In this document: piece after piece, positions 10,701 to 23,800 of the stretch
Layout: the number at the start of each line of letters is the position of its first letter
How positions within the stretch are numbered: position 1 is the stretch's first letter
Source: Thalia democratica
Lineage: Eukaryota
Reading direction: 5' to 3'
NCBI GenBank assembly: GCA_965202585.1
Contig: OZ241826.1
Coordinates: 26,474,001-26,538,000 of the forward strand
Length of the DNA stretch: 64,000 bases
The notes under the pieces: generated by a model
Told to the model about the DNA's origin: nothing
The model's input: only the letters and a program-made list of their open reading frames with translations
The model's database searches: none
Made by a program: the position numbers and the translations under genes

Positions 10701-13300
10701 TTTTTAAAGCGCATCTATTTAAAATAAGTATTTTATTGCTTAGCCATAACACTGTTCATATTTCAAATAACAAAGGCATTTTACCTATGTAAATCTTTCA
10801 ACTTAGATCATCAGTTTGGTTTTAATTGTCTAATTAAACAATCAATTAATAGCTAATTATCACTAATTCGCCCTTTTATTAACTTATTTTTCTACATTAA
10901 CTATTTATTTTATACTAATCACTTTGATAGAAAAGTATTTCTTAAGTAAACAATTAAGTATGCATTCAGTTTTAAACAATACCTTACCGCGCTGAAGATT
11001 AATTTATGTTATAATTACTTTCAATTCTTAATATATAATCTTTGATTTTATTCTTAATTAATCTTAATAACTAATTTTGTTGCGCTGCTTTATATGGTTA
11101 TTTCCAATTTTATGTTTTAAACAATAAACGGTCTGTATTAAATTAAATCGTTATGTATGACTTTATTTTACACTAATATATATAACTCTAAACCAAATAC
11201 TGGCGAAGTTATAAAACTGTGCCGATTAAGTAAACATTTCAATTTTGAGGTCGTATTTTGTTTTTTTCAACTTGTTTAGTTGTTTTTGGTGGTTTTTTAG
11301 TATAAGATTGTATATACTATGGTCTTATTTTCTGTCAACTAATTTGAAAACTTCCTTAGTTTTACATGTTCTAAAGCTCGTCTACTTGATTTAAACTTTT
11401 TAAAACATATTTTTTTTTACAGTTCTTTTTTGAAATCTTTATATAAAGAAAGGTTAGAAAACGGTGAAGTAAATTTATTTAGTTTTAATTTATTTATGGG
11501 TCAATCTAAGTCTTATCAATCAAAAACGGATCATGTTTTAGTGATTGTTTCATTATTATTACTGTAGAATACTTGAAAGTTTGTTTAAAAAAAATTGGTT
11601 TTTCATGAATTTGTTCTAAAGTTTGTTTATAAGTCTAATTCGTTATTATGTTCTAAATTTAATTTTTTCTTGATTTAATTCTACTTCGATAAATTTTGGT
11701 TTAAAAGTGAGTTTTATATTATAAAGTTTGTTTTACTCATGGTTTAGATATATTTTTAGTTAACACTTCATTGTTTTGTTCATGTTACTGTAAAATAACT
11801 TTGCAATTTAAATACCAAGGTTATTTGGAAACTTTTCCACGGGTTCTCTTTAGTTAATAATATTTGTAAATAGTTTTAGTTCTTTTAAGTGCAAGTAATT
11901 TTGCACAATAATTTTCAATCAAGTTCAAATTTCTCATAATAAACGTCTTTGTTTGTCCACATAAAATTGTATGCATTATTAAAGTAACGAAATATCTTTT
12001 TTTATCCATATAGTTTAGGTGTTTTAGTTGAAATTTATTTGGTCTTATTACACACTATTATTACGTCATCATATAGTCTCATTAAGTGTGGTAGTTTTCT
12101 CTACATTAACATATGCTTTAAAGTGTCAAGATGTATTGATGAAGAGCTTTTATTAATGTTTTATCATTCAAGTTTTAGTATTTTCTTAGTTATTGCATTG
12201 TTATTCGTATGTTAATTATTACACTTATTTTTGTTAATTATTAATCATCTGTAGAACTACTTGGTTGGTTTGATTTTGGATGCAATTAAACGTTAGGTTA
12301 TTAGAAATCTATGATGTGTTTTTACTTAATTTAAGTGAAGCAGTTGTTTACGGATTTAATACTAATTTCCTTTAATTTCACTTCATAACTACAAATAATC
12401 CTGCTTGTAACTACCTTATCTACTTAGACTATTTACTCTACATCTAGTTTTACTAAAAAAGTATGTTTATTACCATATAAAATTCAACTGAATCGCTAAA
12501 TCTAGTTTTAAAATGTCTGCAACATACTTGCTTACCTTACAAATTATTCACTAGAGATTTTAGTTTTAAATGAACCAAATTTTAATAAGCGTATAACGTT
12601 CAATTGATAATGGTATTATGGCAACTCTGGTTCGTAAATTTGTCCTACTTTTGTCGAAATTTACGTTATTCAATCATTTCAATTTAAAAAAATATTGGTT
12701 TAGCATAGAGCTTTGAACTATGATTTATGTCGTATTCGTGAATAAATATACTTATTCTCAACAAGACTAAAATTAGATCCAATTTCGTATTTTTAGCTGG
12801 TATAAAATTCTTCCGTTCGTTTTACTGTGATGTTAACTAAAGTTTTCTTTAACTATGGTTTCTCTTTAATCATTCTAATATATACATCTATATATTTTGT
12901 TTTATTCTCCTATTATTTTCAGAACATACTGATTTTTAAATTAAAATTTGCTCTTAGTATTTTATTATGAACTATTATCTTGTCGCGCTGGTTTATATTA
13001 CTAATTCCAGATTTATTCTAAAAACAACATTTAACTTTAACTTACAGATAATAATTACAGCTCGAATATACTTTCTATATAAAAGCTTATTAAAGTCCTG
13101 TAAAACTTATTAGGTCTTTAACGCCAAACATTATATGTTTCTCTAAATTCAAAAACTTAAAATTAACTTATGTTTTTATTATAATCAAGGCCAGTTCAAA
13201 AACCATTTTAATTTTGGGGTCTCGTTTAGTTATTGTTTACAGTAATTTTGGTAACTCCATATTGTTTTGTATTTCATACATAATGGTCTTGTCTAAGTTG
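7750..13300 (+). repeat. Degenerate repeat family or ancient satellite (copy A)
   Basis: Recurring motifs: atcatcttgttgcgctggtttatatg-like (~9091, 10400, 11075, 12975), ttgaggtc-like (~9810, 11240, 13210), tggcgaa (~9738, 11200), gtccacataaa-like (~7755, 7835, 11955). Confidence 0.6.
8605..8894. mobile_element. Small hAT-like MITE, present only in copy A
   Basis: Termini ccgggttgc ... gcaaccctg (CAGGGTTGC-type TIR) with gatcat repeated at both flanks. A clean 8-bp TSD is not seen. Confidence 0.45.
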
Positions 13301-15842
13301 TATTTTTAAAAAATTTTTCAATAAAGTTGAAAAACATTGAAAATAGGTACTACATTTAGAGTCTTATGAAATCTAAACTGTTTGGTTTAACAATGCCTCA
13401 ATATTTCATACATGTTTCAATAACTAAAACAGTTAACTAAATACTATGTTATGATTTATTGCCCATCTTTTCTTAAAGATTCTGATCATTTATACTTCTG
13501 CTTATCACCAACATAAAACTCAATGGAATTAGGCAAATTAATTCTCTTTTCATATGTTTGTGAGTTTTCCAAATGTAACTACTTCGTTGTAGCATTCATT
13601 GTATTCAATGTAGTTTTTTCTAATGTTATGGGATCGTTTTTAATTGGACAAGTATTTGTTAAAGTTCAACAAAACTCGGAATTAGTTCAAATGTGTATTT
13701 TACTAATGATTTATTTCTTTCCTTTTAACAAAATTACATCATATTTTAGTAAATAGTTCATTGATGTTGCTGTAGAACTTTTTTAAATTGTAAAAACATG
13801 TTTGTATGGTTTCTTATGAAATTGTCCTAATGTTTATTTATAAGTCTAATTTGTTATTATGCTTCAAATTTCTTATTTCGTAAGTTAATTCTATTTTAAT
13901 AAACTAAAGTTAGGTCCAGCTTTATATTTTTAGTTAACACTTCATTGTTTTTTGTTGTTTCAGTAAAACTATTTCAAGGTTTACTTAAAAATAAATCTAT
14001 GTGTTCTTTTTAATTAATGTTATTTGTGTATAAGTCTATTTTGTTGTTATATTATGCTTTTTTGTTTGTCTATTTAGTTATATTTCTTGCCGAATAAGTA
14101 AAGACTGAATATAATTATATATATTTATATTTTAAGTGTATTTTGTATGTTTTGGAAAATAAAGGTAGGATAGTTATTTATTTATAAGTAAATAAAACTT
14201 TTGGATTAACTAAAATATATGTTTCAATCTAAACGAAATTATTGTTAGATAAGTTAGATAAATCGTATTGTTAGATAGCTTATAATTTCTTATGTCTGTC
14301 AAGTTATTTTAATTTTTGTTCAACCTGAACTAATAGCGTTTGTTATTGAGAGTTAATGCTGTTTCGTATTTAATTCTATTAACAGCCCAAAACTAAGCAG
14401 AATTTTATTTTTAAAGTTAGGTTTAAACTAAAAGTAAAGCTTGATGTTTTATAGTATATATCCTTGGTGTTGTACTATGAATGATGCATTTTTATAGTAG
14501 ACAACCTTGGTATTATTCTATAAGTAACACAGCAGTTTTGCATTGTAGTTTAGTATGTCAGTATCTATTGTAATTCAAGTAGTTAAACTATTTTATTGTA
14601 TTTAATACTAAGTCTCATAAATAGCAATAAAAATTTTTTTTTGTATTTAATTATCTTGTAGACTGTTTGTTTATAAAAGTCAGTTAAAAGTTGCTCATGT
14701 CACTATTTTAATTTAATTTCAATTAGACATACTACGTGTTATTTGTTTTACTTAAAATTTATAAGCAACCACACGAATTTATTTGACAATAAAAGCAACG
14801 TTTAACGACTCAACAGTTTTAAATAGTTATTGTAATCAAACTTGTTATAATTATTCTTTTGTAATCGACTTTAGATACTGTTTTTAGTACGATAATATGT
14901 CCTTTAAGTAGCAAATGACAAGACACAATTTAATAACTAAAGTAACTGCTATTACAATTATATCGTCTATTTATAAAAGTTTAAGTACACCTATAAGTCT
15001 TGTTTTCGCGTAGACTATAAGTTAATTATGTCTCTATTTTAGTTTAATTACAATTGAATCTTAACAATTGTTTAAGTAAGAAATCAGGTTTATTTTAATT
15101 TTATTTTCAATTCCTTATTTCTTATAAGCTTTAAATTTAAATTTAATGTTTATAAGTTTAATTTACTTTTATTCTTTAAATTAAAATTGTAATGTAAGTA
15201 AATTTGTAAAGTGTCCGTTTTATTAAATATTAAATATAATTTACTCTTTTACCCAAATGTTGTTAATTGACGAAATGACGTAAAAATAAAATTATTTGAT
15301 TTTAATGTTATTTATTCTTTTTTTTTTACTAAGACACTATTAAATCATTTTTTATCTTTCCAATAAACTGTTTAGATTCTATCTTTAAAATGAAGAAGTT
15401 TGCTAGTTATACATGACAATCAAAAAATTGTAAAAATCTGCTTAAGTTTTACTTTAAGTAATAATATAAACAAAATTACTTTACGTTTATCAAAGTTTAA
15501 ACATTTAATTTATCATACTAGTTAATAATAAACTTATAACTTAATGAATAAATATTGTCTTGAAGTAACATCGTTTAATAAGATAACTGTCTTAAAATGT
15601 ATAAAAAGCATCGAAGCTTGTTTAATGTTGTACTTATATACTACTTTTTGATTCATCCATAGTACTGTGCTTACTCCAATAAAATGTTTTGGTTCTCATT
15701 GATAGTTACCAAACTTTTTGTTTTATTTTAGGCATAAGCGCTACAAGTTTTTAAACAATTTAATAATATTATGAACTAAATAAGTTATATGCAATTAAAT
15801 TATCATGCAAAATTATATAATCTCGAAAACGTAATAATTTCA

Positions 15843-15915
15843 TGTGGAACAATAGTGTAGAGGTCAATGCTCGCGCCCCTCAGTCCAGAGACCCGAGTTC
15901 GAGCCCTCGCTGCAT
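15843..15915 (+). mobile_element. tRNA-derived SINE head or tRNA pseudogene
   Basis: Pol III A box TAGTGTAGAGG (15853-15863), B box GTTCGAGCC (15897-15905) and T-arm cgag/ctcg. The acceptor and anticodon stems do not close. Confidence 0.65.
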
Positions 15916-16753
15916 TACTTTTTACCAACATAATTTCCTTGATTTTAAACTTTCTTAGATGAGTTGTAGTTCTTATTTTTAATTAATGCATCAATTTCTA
16001 TTCAAGTGTGTATTGATTTTAAGAGTGACTCACGAATTACCTTAGAATTGTTTTAAAATGCAGAAAAATATTAATTAAATTAAGATATATACTGGCGTAT
16101 ACTTATTTTTGTATACCCTTATCCCAGCTCACTTGAACATGGAACAAACGAAAAAATTATTTAATATTTAAAATTAGAAATAAATTGACAAAGTGTTTGA
16201 AAAATTATTTTTGACATAAGCAAACTACTAGCAGGTTTTTGAAGTTGACCTTTAATAGCTTTTATCAATAAATGAATACATTTGTGGAAAAATAAAATTT
16301 TAATTATAAAAGTTTATATTAACCTCTTGTAAGTTTAGTTTGTTTTAATACACCAACACCAGATTCATTACGGTTAAAGCATAGATTTTCATTAGTTTTC
16401 TTTAATTAATAAAAAATTTATTTGTAGCAACTCGACAAAGCAAAATTTTTGCAACAAAATATTATTAATTAGAAATATGTAAAACTCAGTTAATGGAAAA
16501 GGAGAGTTGGTTGTAAGTTCACACTTTTAAGTTCTTATCTACTAAAGTGTTTGGAAATAAATTCGGAGTTTAAACAGTATATATTAACACAAAATGATTC
16601 TATAATGAGTTTAAAAAAGAATTTGTTTAAACTGGAAAGATAAAAAACGCTAAACAAACTCTAAACCAATGGCTTATTCTATTTTGAAAAATGTTCTGCT
16701 TCTTTTAATTTTCAAGTTCAATTCTCAAAACAATCAAATAAACATTTTCAAAG

Positions 16754-16806
16754 GGACAGACCGAATCAGACGCCCAACACCGCCGAGGTACTTCAATTAC
16801 CAATAA
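16754..16806 (+). pseudogene. Internally deleted remnant of the CUB terminal exon
   Basis: ggacagaccgaatcagacgcccaac|accgccgag..cttcaattaccaataa joins the start and end of the 20403 exon through a ccaac microhomology. Confidence 0.85.
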
Positions 16807-19471
16807 ATATACTTTGATGTTACTGAATAAACTCGTTGAATAGATTTTATTTTTATTTTTTAAAGTAACAACGCTTGATTACTGTCAGTTTATTGTCTAA
16901 CTCTGGACCTAGGCATTAAAATAAAATTGTTACAAACCTTTAATAAGATAAATAACAAGTTCTGTGTTACATTTTAAAACTTGAAACAGTTTAATTATGC
17001 TTCTCATCAAACTTCTGGTTGTAAAACAATACACCAATACAAAACCGTAATACTGTTGAAACTAAAAAAGAACATATAAACGTTTTCATGCTATTCAAGT
17101 ATTTAGATGCTGAAATCGTCAATTTATCTATCATTAACTTTTTTTAACTATAAGCTTTCATTAAGTATATTAAACAAAAGGTATTTTCTACGTTTTATTA
17201 ACATGTACTACTCTATAAGTTCGTAAAGGTGATATATTAAGTAAAACAAACGTTTATTACATTTAAGTATAAAGGAAAGTTTTCTGAAAAACATTTTGCT
17301 TTAAACTTTTAATGATACAAAATGTTAACAAAATTTAATTTCTAAACAGGTAAAACCGTTTATAAAAAAAATTACTTTTCATCATAAAATAAAAGTTAGA
17401 AATAAGCTGTTATAAAAGTTGTTAAAAAAAAACAAGGCAAAGTATAAAACTTTAAATTAGACTAGAAGCGAGCAAACTATGGGCCAACTGCTAATTTAGG
17501 GCCGTACTTACTTCAACTAATAAAGCTTTGGAAAAACAACTAAATCTTTTCAAATAAACTTATAGTTTGTAACTACATAAATAGCTAAAAGGAAAAAGTT
17601 TTTTTTTGCTAGTTCTACGACAAACCGATACAAATACCTATTTTAGATAAAATGTTATATATTTCTAGATAGGTACCAGTTTACGATTAACTTTGACTTT
17701 AAATATGCACACAACTAAAATTAAATGCTACGGCTATAAGCTAAATAAAACTTCAAGTTTTATCAAGTCTTTACTACAAAAAGGAGTTAACTCAAAACAA
17801 AATTTAGTATTTTTTATTTATAATTAGTTTTATACTATCAGTAAAGACTGTTTTTTAAGATATAACTTTTTACAGATAATTTTTATAAAGTGTGTTGTGT
17901 TACATTTAGTTACATAAAAGTTCCACAAGAAACAAGAAGTTAACAAATTCCTAACTAGTTATGAACAAAAAAAAATCTATTTATTATTAACTTAATCTAT
18001 TTTTAAAGGTATACAACAAAAGTAAAGTTCACGGTAAACTTATGTCTAAATACAACAAGTTTTCAGGGGTATAGAAGTTTACTATTTTTTTTATCTCATA
18101 ACTACCACTGATATTAACTTAAAACTGAGTTTTATTTATAGTTAAGTAAAGACTTTTCCTTTATAGTTTTACTGTTTAAAATATAAATACTTATATACTG
18201 TGGTGTACAACTCGATAACCGAAAGGTTCTTTTCTACACCACATCCTTATACCAAAATTTTTTAAGGGTTTTTCTTATCGTTCAATAAACAATATATATA
18301 ACTCGAATTTAATATCAATAATAAATTTTATTTTTGAAAAAGATTAAAAAATTTATTGAATTAGAAAAAAAAAAGATAAGGTTTTGTGTTCGACAAAGAT
18401 AAATATTGAAGGTTAGTTTAAAAAATGATTAGATGTATTTCTTGTTACAACTTAAGTTACAACTTGGACTTTCGTTTCTAGTTATTGAAATGTTGTACAT
18501 ATCAAATTTTAGTACATAAATTGTATTATAAAATAATTTAACATAACCTATCTGATTTAATACCCACAAAATGTTAGTTTTAAAATAATGGACTTTATTT
18601 TTGTTTTTAAATGGAAGTTTTAAAAATAGTAAAAAAAACATTAATTTGTTAGGAGGTCTAAACTTTTAACCGTTTAAGCATTAATCAATACCTTGTGCTT
18701 TTACTTTGTTACTAGTATCTAATGTTCAGAAAAATCCACAAGTTGCGGTCCGCAACAAGGTACTTTTTTTAATTTATTTGTTCTAAATTTCACTTCAACT
18801 ATACTTTTTTTTTTGACCTATAATATAAGTAGAAACTTTTCTGGTCGGCGGGCTAAACATATAGATATTATACTGCGTGAAGCGATAATTGTTGAAGACG
18901 ACAGCAAAAATAATCTTTAAAGCAAAAGTAATTTTAAATGAACATTGAAGTAAGCACAACTTTGTACTAAAAATAAAGTTAATAGCATCTTCTTTGAAAA
19001 GATATAAAAAACTCAACTTTAGTTGCGTTTCTATTTATTACGTTTCTAGCCAGATGTTTTTGTTGGGTAGGTCGGACTCGCCCTCATATCTAGCCTATAA
19101 TTATGTTTAAGCTATAAGTCTGACGGTTTTATTTTTAACAACTTTATCATAGAACAGAGATGGTCATACTTGCAGCACACGGCAAGCGACTAACTACTTG
19201 ATTACTACAATTTGCACTGAGCAAGAAACGATTTGAACAAAATTTTATAACCATGGCATTATTATTAACTATAGGGGCTAATTTAAAAGTTATATTTCAA
19301 TAGTTTTATAAAGCTAAGGCGGAAAGCTGTGTGAAGAAATATGTCACAGCTGGTACTGTGCTTACTCGAATAAAATGTTTTGGTTCAATTTAATAATATT
19401 ATGAACTAAATAAGTTATATGCAATTAAATTATCATGCAAAATTATATAATCTTAAAAACGTATCATTTTG

Positions 19472-19545
19472 TGTGGAACAATAGTGTAGAGTTCAGTGCT
19501 CGCGCCCCTCAACCCAGGGACCCGAGTTCGAGCCCTCGCTACATT
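19472..19545 (+). mobile_element. tRNA-derived SINE head (duplicate)
   Basis: TAGTGTAGAGT...GTTCGAGCC. Confidence 0.62.
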
Positions 19546-20402
19546 ACTTTTTACCAACATAATTTCCTTGATTTTAAACTTTTTTAGATTAGTTGTAGTT
19601 CTTATTTTTAATTGATGCACAAATTTCTTTTCAAGTGTGTATTGATTTTAAGAGTAACTCATAAACACTTTAATCTCAGAATTGTTTTAAAATGCCGAAA
19701 AATATTAATTAAATTAAGATATATACTGGCGTATACTTATTTTTGTATACCGTTATCCCTAACCCAGCTCACTTGAACATGGAACAAACAAAACAATTAT
19801 TAAATATTTAAAATTAGAAATAAAATGACAAAGTGTTTGAAAAATTATTTTTGACATAAACAAACTACTAGCAGGTTTGTGAAGCTGACCTTTGATATCT
19901 TTTATCAATAAATGAATACAATTTTGTGGAAAAATAAAATTTTAATTATAAAAGTTTATATTAACCTCTTGTAAGTTTAGTTTATTTTAATACACCAACA
20001 CCAGATTCATTACGGTTAAAGCATAGCATTTACATTAGTTTTCTTTAATTAATATAAAAATTACTTGTAGCAACTCGACAAAGCAAAATTTTTGCAACAA
20101 AATATTAAATATAATAGGAAATATGTAAAACTCAGTTAACGGAAAAGGAGAGCTGGTTGTAAGTTCACACTTTTAAGTTCTTATTTACAAAAGTGTTTGG
20201 AAATAAATTCGGAGTTAAAACAGTATATATTAACACAAAAGGATTCTATAATGAGTTTAAATAAGAATTTGTTTAAACTGGAAAGATTAAAAACGATAAA
20301 TAAACTCTAAAGCAATGGCTTATTCTATTTTGAAAAATTTTCTACTTTTTTTAACGTCCAAGTATTTTAGAGATTAAAAAAATCAAATAAACGTTTTCAA
20401 AG

Positions 20403-20561
20403 GTGTACGACGGACAAACCGAATCTGACGCCCAACTGGCCAACATTTTCGACAACTACAACCAGAGGTACCACATTGAAGCGACCGGTAACTGGATGTA
20501 CATCGTGTTCAGATCTGACAGCGCCAACACCGCCAAGGGATTCTACTTCGATTACCAATAA
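20403..20561 (+). CDS. Terminal coding exon of a CUB-domain protein (upstream exons not located)
   Basis: ttttcaaag| then VYDGQTESDAQLANIFDNYNQRYHIEATGNWMYIVFRSDSANTAKGFYFDYQ*. This matches the C-terminal half of the CUB consensus (VYDG..S.GN.L.V.F.SD....GF...Y). GC-rich codons; AATAAA at 20557 and 20581. Confidence 0.85.
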   Translation: MYDGQTESDAQLANIFDNYNQRYHIEATGNWMYIVFRSDSANTAKGFYFDYQ

Positions 20562-20788
20562 ACATACTTTGATGTTACTGAATAAACTTGTTTGATGTAT
20601 TATTTGTATTTGTATTTATTCTAAGTAAATCTATAATGTTTTTATATGATAAATAAAAATTCCTTCACCATTATTGTTTTTTTTTTGGAGTAGTTTTCGG
20701 GTTTTGATCAAAAATATGCTGTACTATCATGTTTCAGTACTACAATTTTGTACCGTTTCCTAATTAAAAAAGCCAATATTTATTTCGG

Positions 20789-20827
20789 TCATCTGATGAG
20801 TCCTAATAAGGACGAAACTGGTCGTAG
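20789..20827 (+). ncRNA. Minimal type I hammerhead ribozyme motif
   Basis: tcat-CTGATGA-gtcct[aata]aggac-GAAA-ctg-GTC^gtag. Full conserved core, 5-bp helix II with the G10.1-C11.1 pair, GUC triplet (cut after 20823). Helix III is 2 bp and helix I is weak. Confidence 0.72.
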
Positions 20828-23800
20828 GATTGTCTCGGATGCTGTTGTTGTTGATCTTGCGGTAAAGTTCATTGTCTAATTAAAAAAAGAAAACAAGTTA
20901 TATTTTCTGGTGTTTTATACGAATAAGCTGCGTAAACCGTGGTTTAAAATATTGTTAACCTCCTTGCTTCAAATAATTTAAACAAAAAAGTTTTTTATAT
21001 GCTTTAATATCATGTTTAATATTGTTTATGAATAATTTAAAGTTAGTGTGGTACGGAGAAAAACAGATTAGATGCACTTGAAAACTAAAGTTGGATAGTT
21101 TTACGATTCAAAATCAATCTGTAAAAGCTTGAAACTTTAGCACAGCTCTATTTTTAGTTCCAAATTTAAAACTTTACCTTTAATCAACTTTAATTTAAAA
21201 AGATAATTTAAGTTTAAAGTTGAAATTAGAGTATACTTACAGTTATGCTAGTTCAACTTAATGATACTCACTTGAACTTTTTTCAACTTTCCCTTGTGTA
21301 ATTTGTTTAAACTTTTGTTGCATATATAAATTTTTAACTTAAAAGTTTAATGTTCAGTGGTATAAAGTTCAAAAAACTTCAACGTCTACTGTCGATTACT
21401 TTAGAATATAACTTTTAAGTACGATGATAAAATTATACAAACGCAATACAATTTATTTGATTTACTTATAACTACTAAAATTTAGAACAAGATAAAATGA
21501 AATTTGGGAGTTAAAAACACCAAAATTTTGAATAGTATGTATTGAAGTCAAAAGACAAATATGTATATTGAAGTTAAGAAACAACGTGACGCTATAAAAC
21601 ATCCACTCGCTTCTAATGGTATAGTACGAAAAGAAATAACAAACAAAGTTCAAATTGAAAATTAATTTTGAATTTTATATCAATTAGTTTTCTAACTTCT
21701 TTAGCAACAAAAATGTTTTTTTTTTTATTAAAATATGCATCAACTAGGGGTTTTAAAAGTATTTAATAAAGTGTTTATTTTAAGACTTGTGTAATTTAAG
21801 GCAGTTATGTCGTTTAGTTAGTATGATTGGTTTTTGAAGTATAACGTCGCGTTCTACAAAAAAATATTGACTCTTGCTTTTGAGTCATTTTGATCCGGCC
21901 AGAACTTAGTTAGGATACAAATTATATTTTTGAAAACAGAAACATAACAGAAAAGACCGTATTCGGTAATTATCTAAAACAGAAACAATTTAATTTTTCA
22001 AAAAAAAAAGCTTATGCTCTTCGAAACATTTTCTCTTAATATCTTTTTAACACTAACATCAATTAACATAAAGTTATAATAAATAGCTATCTAGAATACA
22101 CGTATGTTTGTTTAAAACTATCCGTGCTAAGTTAATAAACATTCACTCATTTTTTTTTTAAATAAGCTTTAACTTTATTTCTATTCTTGCTAGTGCTCGT
22201 TGTAAAGATCAATGTTTTGTCGTAAAATCAGTGAAAATAACGCAAAAAATTTATAAACCGTAAAAAATAACTAAACATTTTTATCAAAACATCAAGCAGT
22301 GTATTGCAGCTTTCTTTTTATTTTACTATTTCCAAATTGGTTTAATTGAAAAACCGGGTTATCTCAAAACTAGGATTCATTATTTTAATTAAGTTTTATA
22401 TTCCAAGGATTATTTTAAAGTGAAAACACGTAAAAGTATTGTTTCTATTTGTACAAACTTAAAGTAAGAAGCGTTCAAAGGACAAATTATTATATATGGA
22501 AAAATATTTTTTTTGCATAAACAGATTCAAACTTAGCTAATTTTAAAAGTCGAGTGCTTAAAAACAAAAACTTTTAGACCAAAACGAAAGACATTTTTAC
22601 AATTAAGAATGTGCAAAGCTATTCTAAAAATAAAATTGATATTACTTATAATATTTAAACTAATCTTTCATTAATTGTAGTCTAAAATTATTAACTGTAA
22701 AATAATCACCTAATATTTTAGTATTTACAAATCTTTGTCTTTGGATGATTACTAACATTGATGAAAAAACAAACATCTAAATTACTTGATATACTTAACA
22801 CAATAATATTCATTAACATAACTAGTTGACATAATTCATTTATTGAAAGTTATGTTTAATTTTTATAGAATATATGTTAAGTGGACTTGTAATTTTATTA
22901 CTAAATTTATTCAGTCCGACGTCATAAAAATACTATAATGACGTCATACAAATATTATTACCACCATATAATCTGTTAGCAGATTTTCTTAAATAAAATG
23001 TCTTGAAACAGGCTTATAGTATTCTTTTAATTATATCATTTATAATTCGCTTCACCAAAGGCAAGCACACCTTAACAGGTAGCTTTAATTATTGATAACT
23101 TGTATTTAATACTGCCAAAACTTTCTTAAGCAATTTTAAGAGCAAAATTTTTTAAAATATCGTTGATCAAGCTGCTTAAAATCACTTTTTATAGATAAAA
23201 AATTTTGATAAACTTTTTCATTAAACTTATCTATATACCATTGTATAGAGAAGCAAAAAAAACACCATCAACTTAAAACTTTACTTTTTAAATTTCGCGA
23301 TGGGTAATACTGTAACGAATAAAAATAATGTTTGTAGACAATAATATGAAACACAGATTAAAACCTTACCTTGCTAAGTTAACTAAACATTTTGAATCAT
23401 CTAAGTAACAAAATTTATCCTTATGAAATTAAATTACCATAAATTACTTATAACCATTTAATCTATCTTAGCTCAAGAACTTTAAACTGTCTGACAAATA
23501 AATTTTTTAAGGGCATTTGTTGCTCAAATAAATTACTTAGATATACATTTTAGTTAAGTTTTCTTCCTACACTATAAAGTGTAGAAAAAAATTATTCTTG
23601 TAATTCTCTTACCTAGCAAAAAAACTTACAAGTAGATGCATAAACATAAGCATACACATAAAACTGCTTTAAAATAAGTGTGAAAATTTAACATGAAACA
23701 CAATAAAATCTAACTGTTCTTCATAGGTATTATTTTTAAAAAGTGTATAAGTTGATAATATCAAAAACATGTAATTTTGATTTTATCTCTATCTATTACT

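Larger units (their letters stand above)
15661..16840 (+). repeat. Local ~1.2 kb duplication, decayed copy of 19352-20600
   Basis: Collinear from gtactgtgcttactc through the SINE head to gatgttactgaataaact; also at ~44919-46115 in unit B. Confidence 0.88.
19352..20600 (+). repeat. Local ~1.2 kb duplication, copy carrying the intact CUB exon
   Basis: Partner of 15661-16840; also at ~48636-49880 in unit B. Confidence 0.88.

Noticed and set aside
15843-15915. Functional tRNA gene
   Set aside because: The acceptor and anticodon stems do not pair; kept only as a SINE head or pseudogene.
18429-21653. Short AT-rich ORFs (18429, 18795, 21462) repeated in both units
   Set aside because: Identity reflects the recent duplication rather than selection; F/L/I/K-biased composition and no motifs.
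22917-22946. Two CRE-like GACGTCA sites
   Set aside because: Short motifs between convergent 3' ends with no promoter context; plausibly chance.
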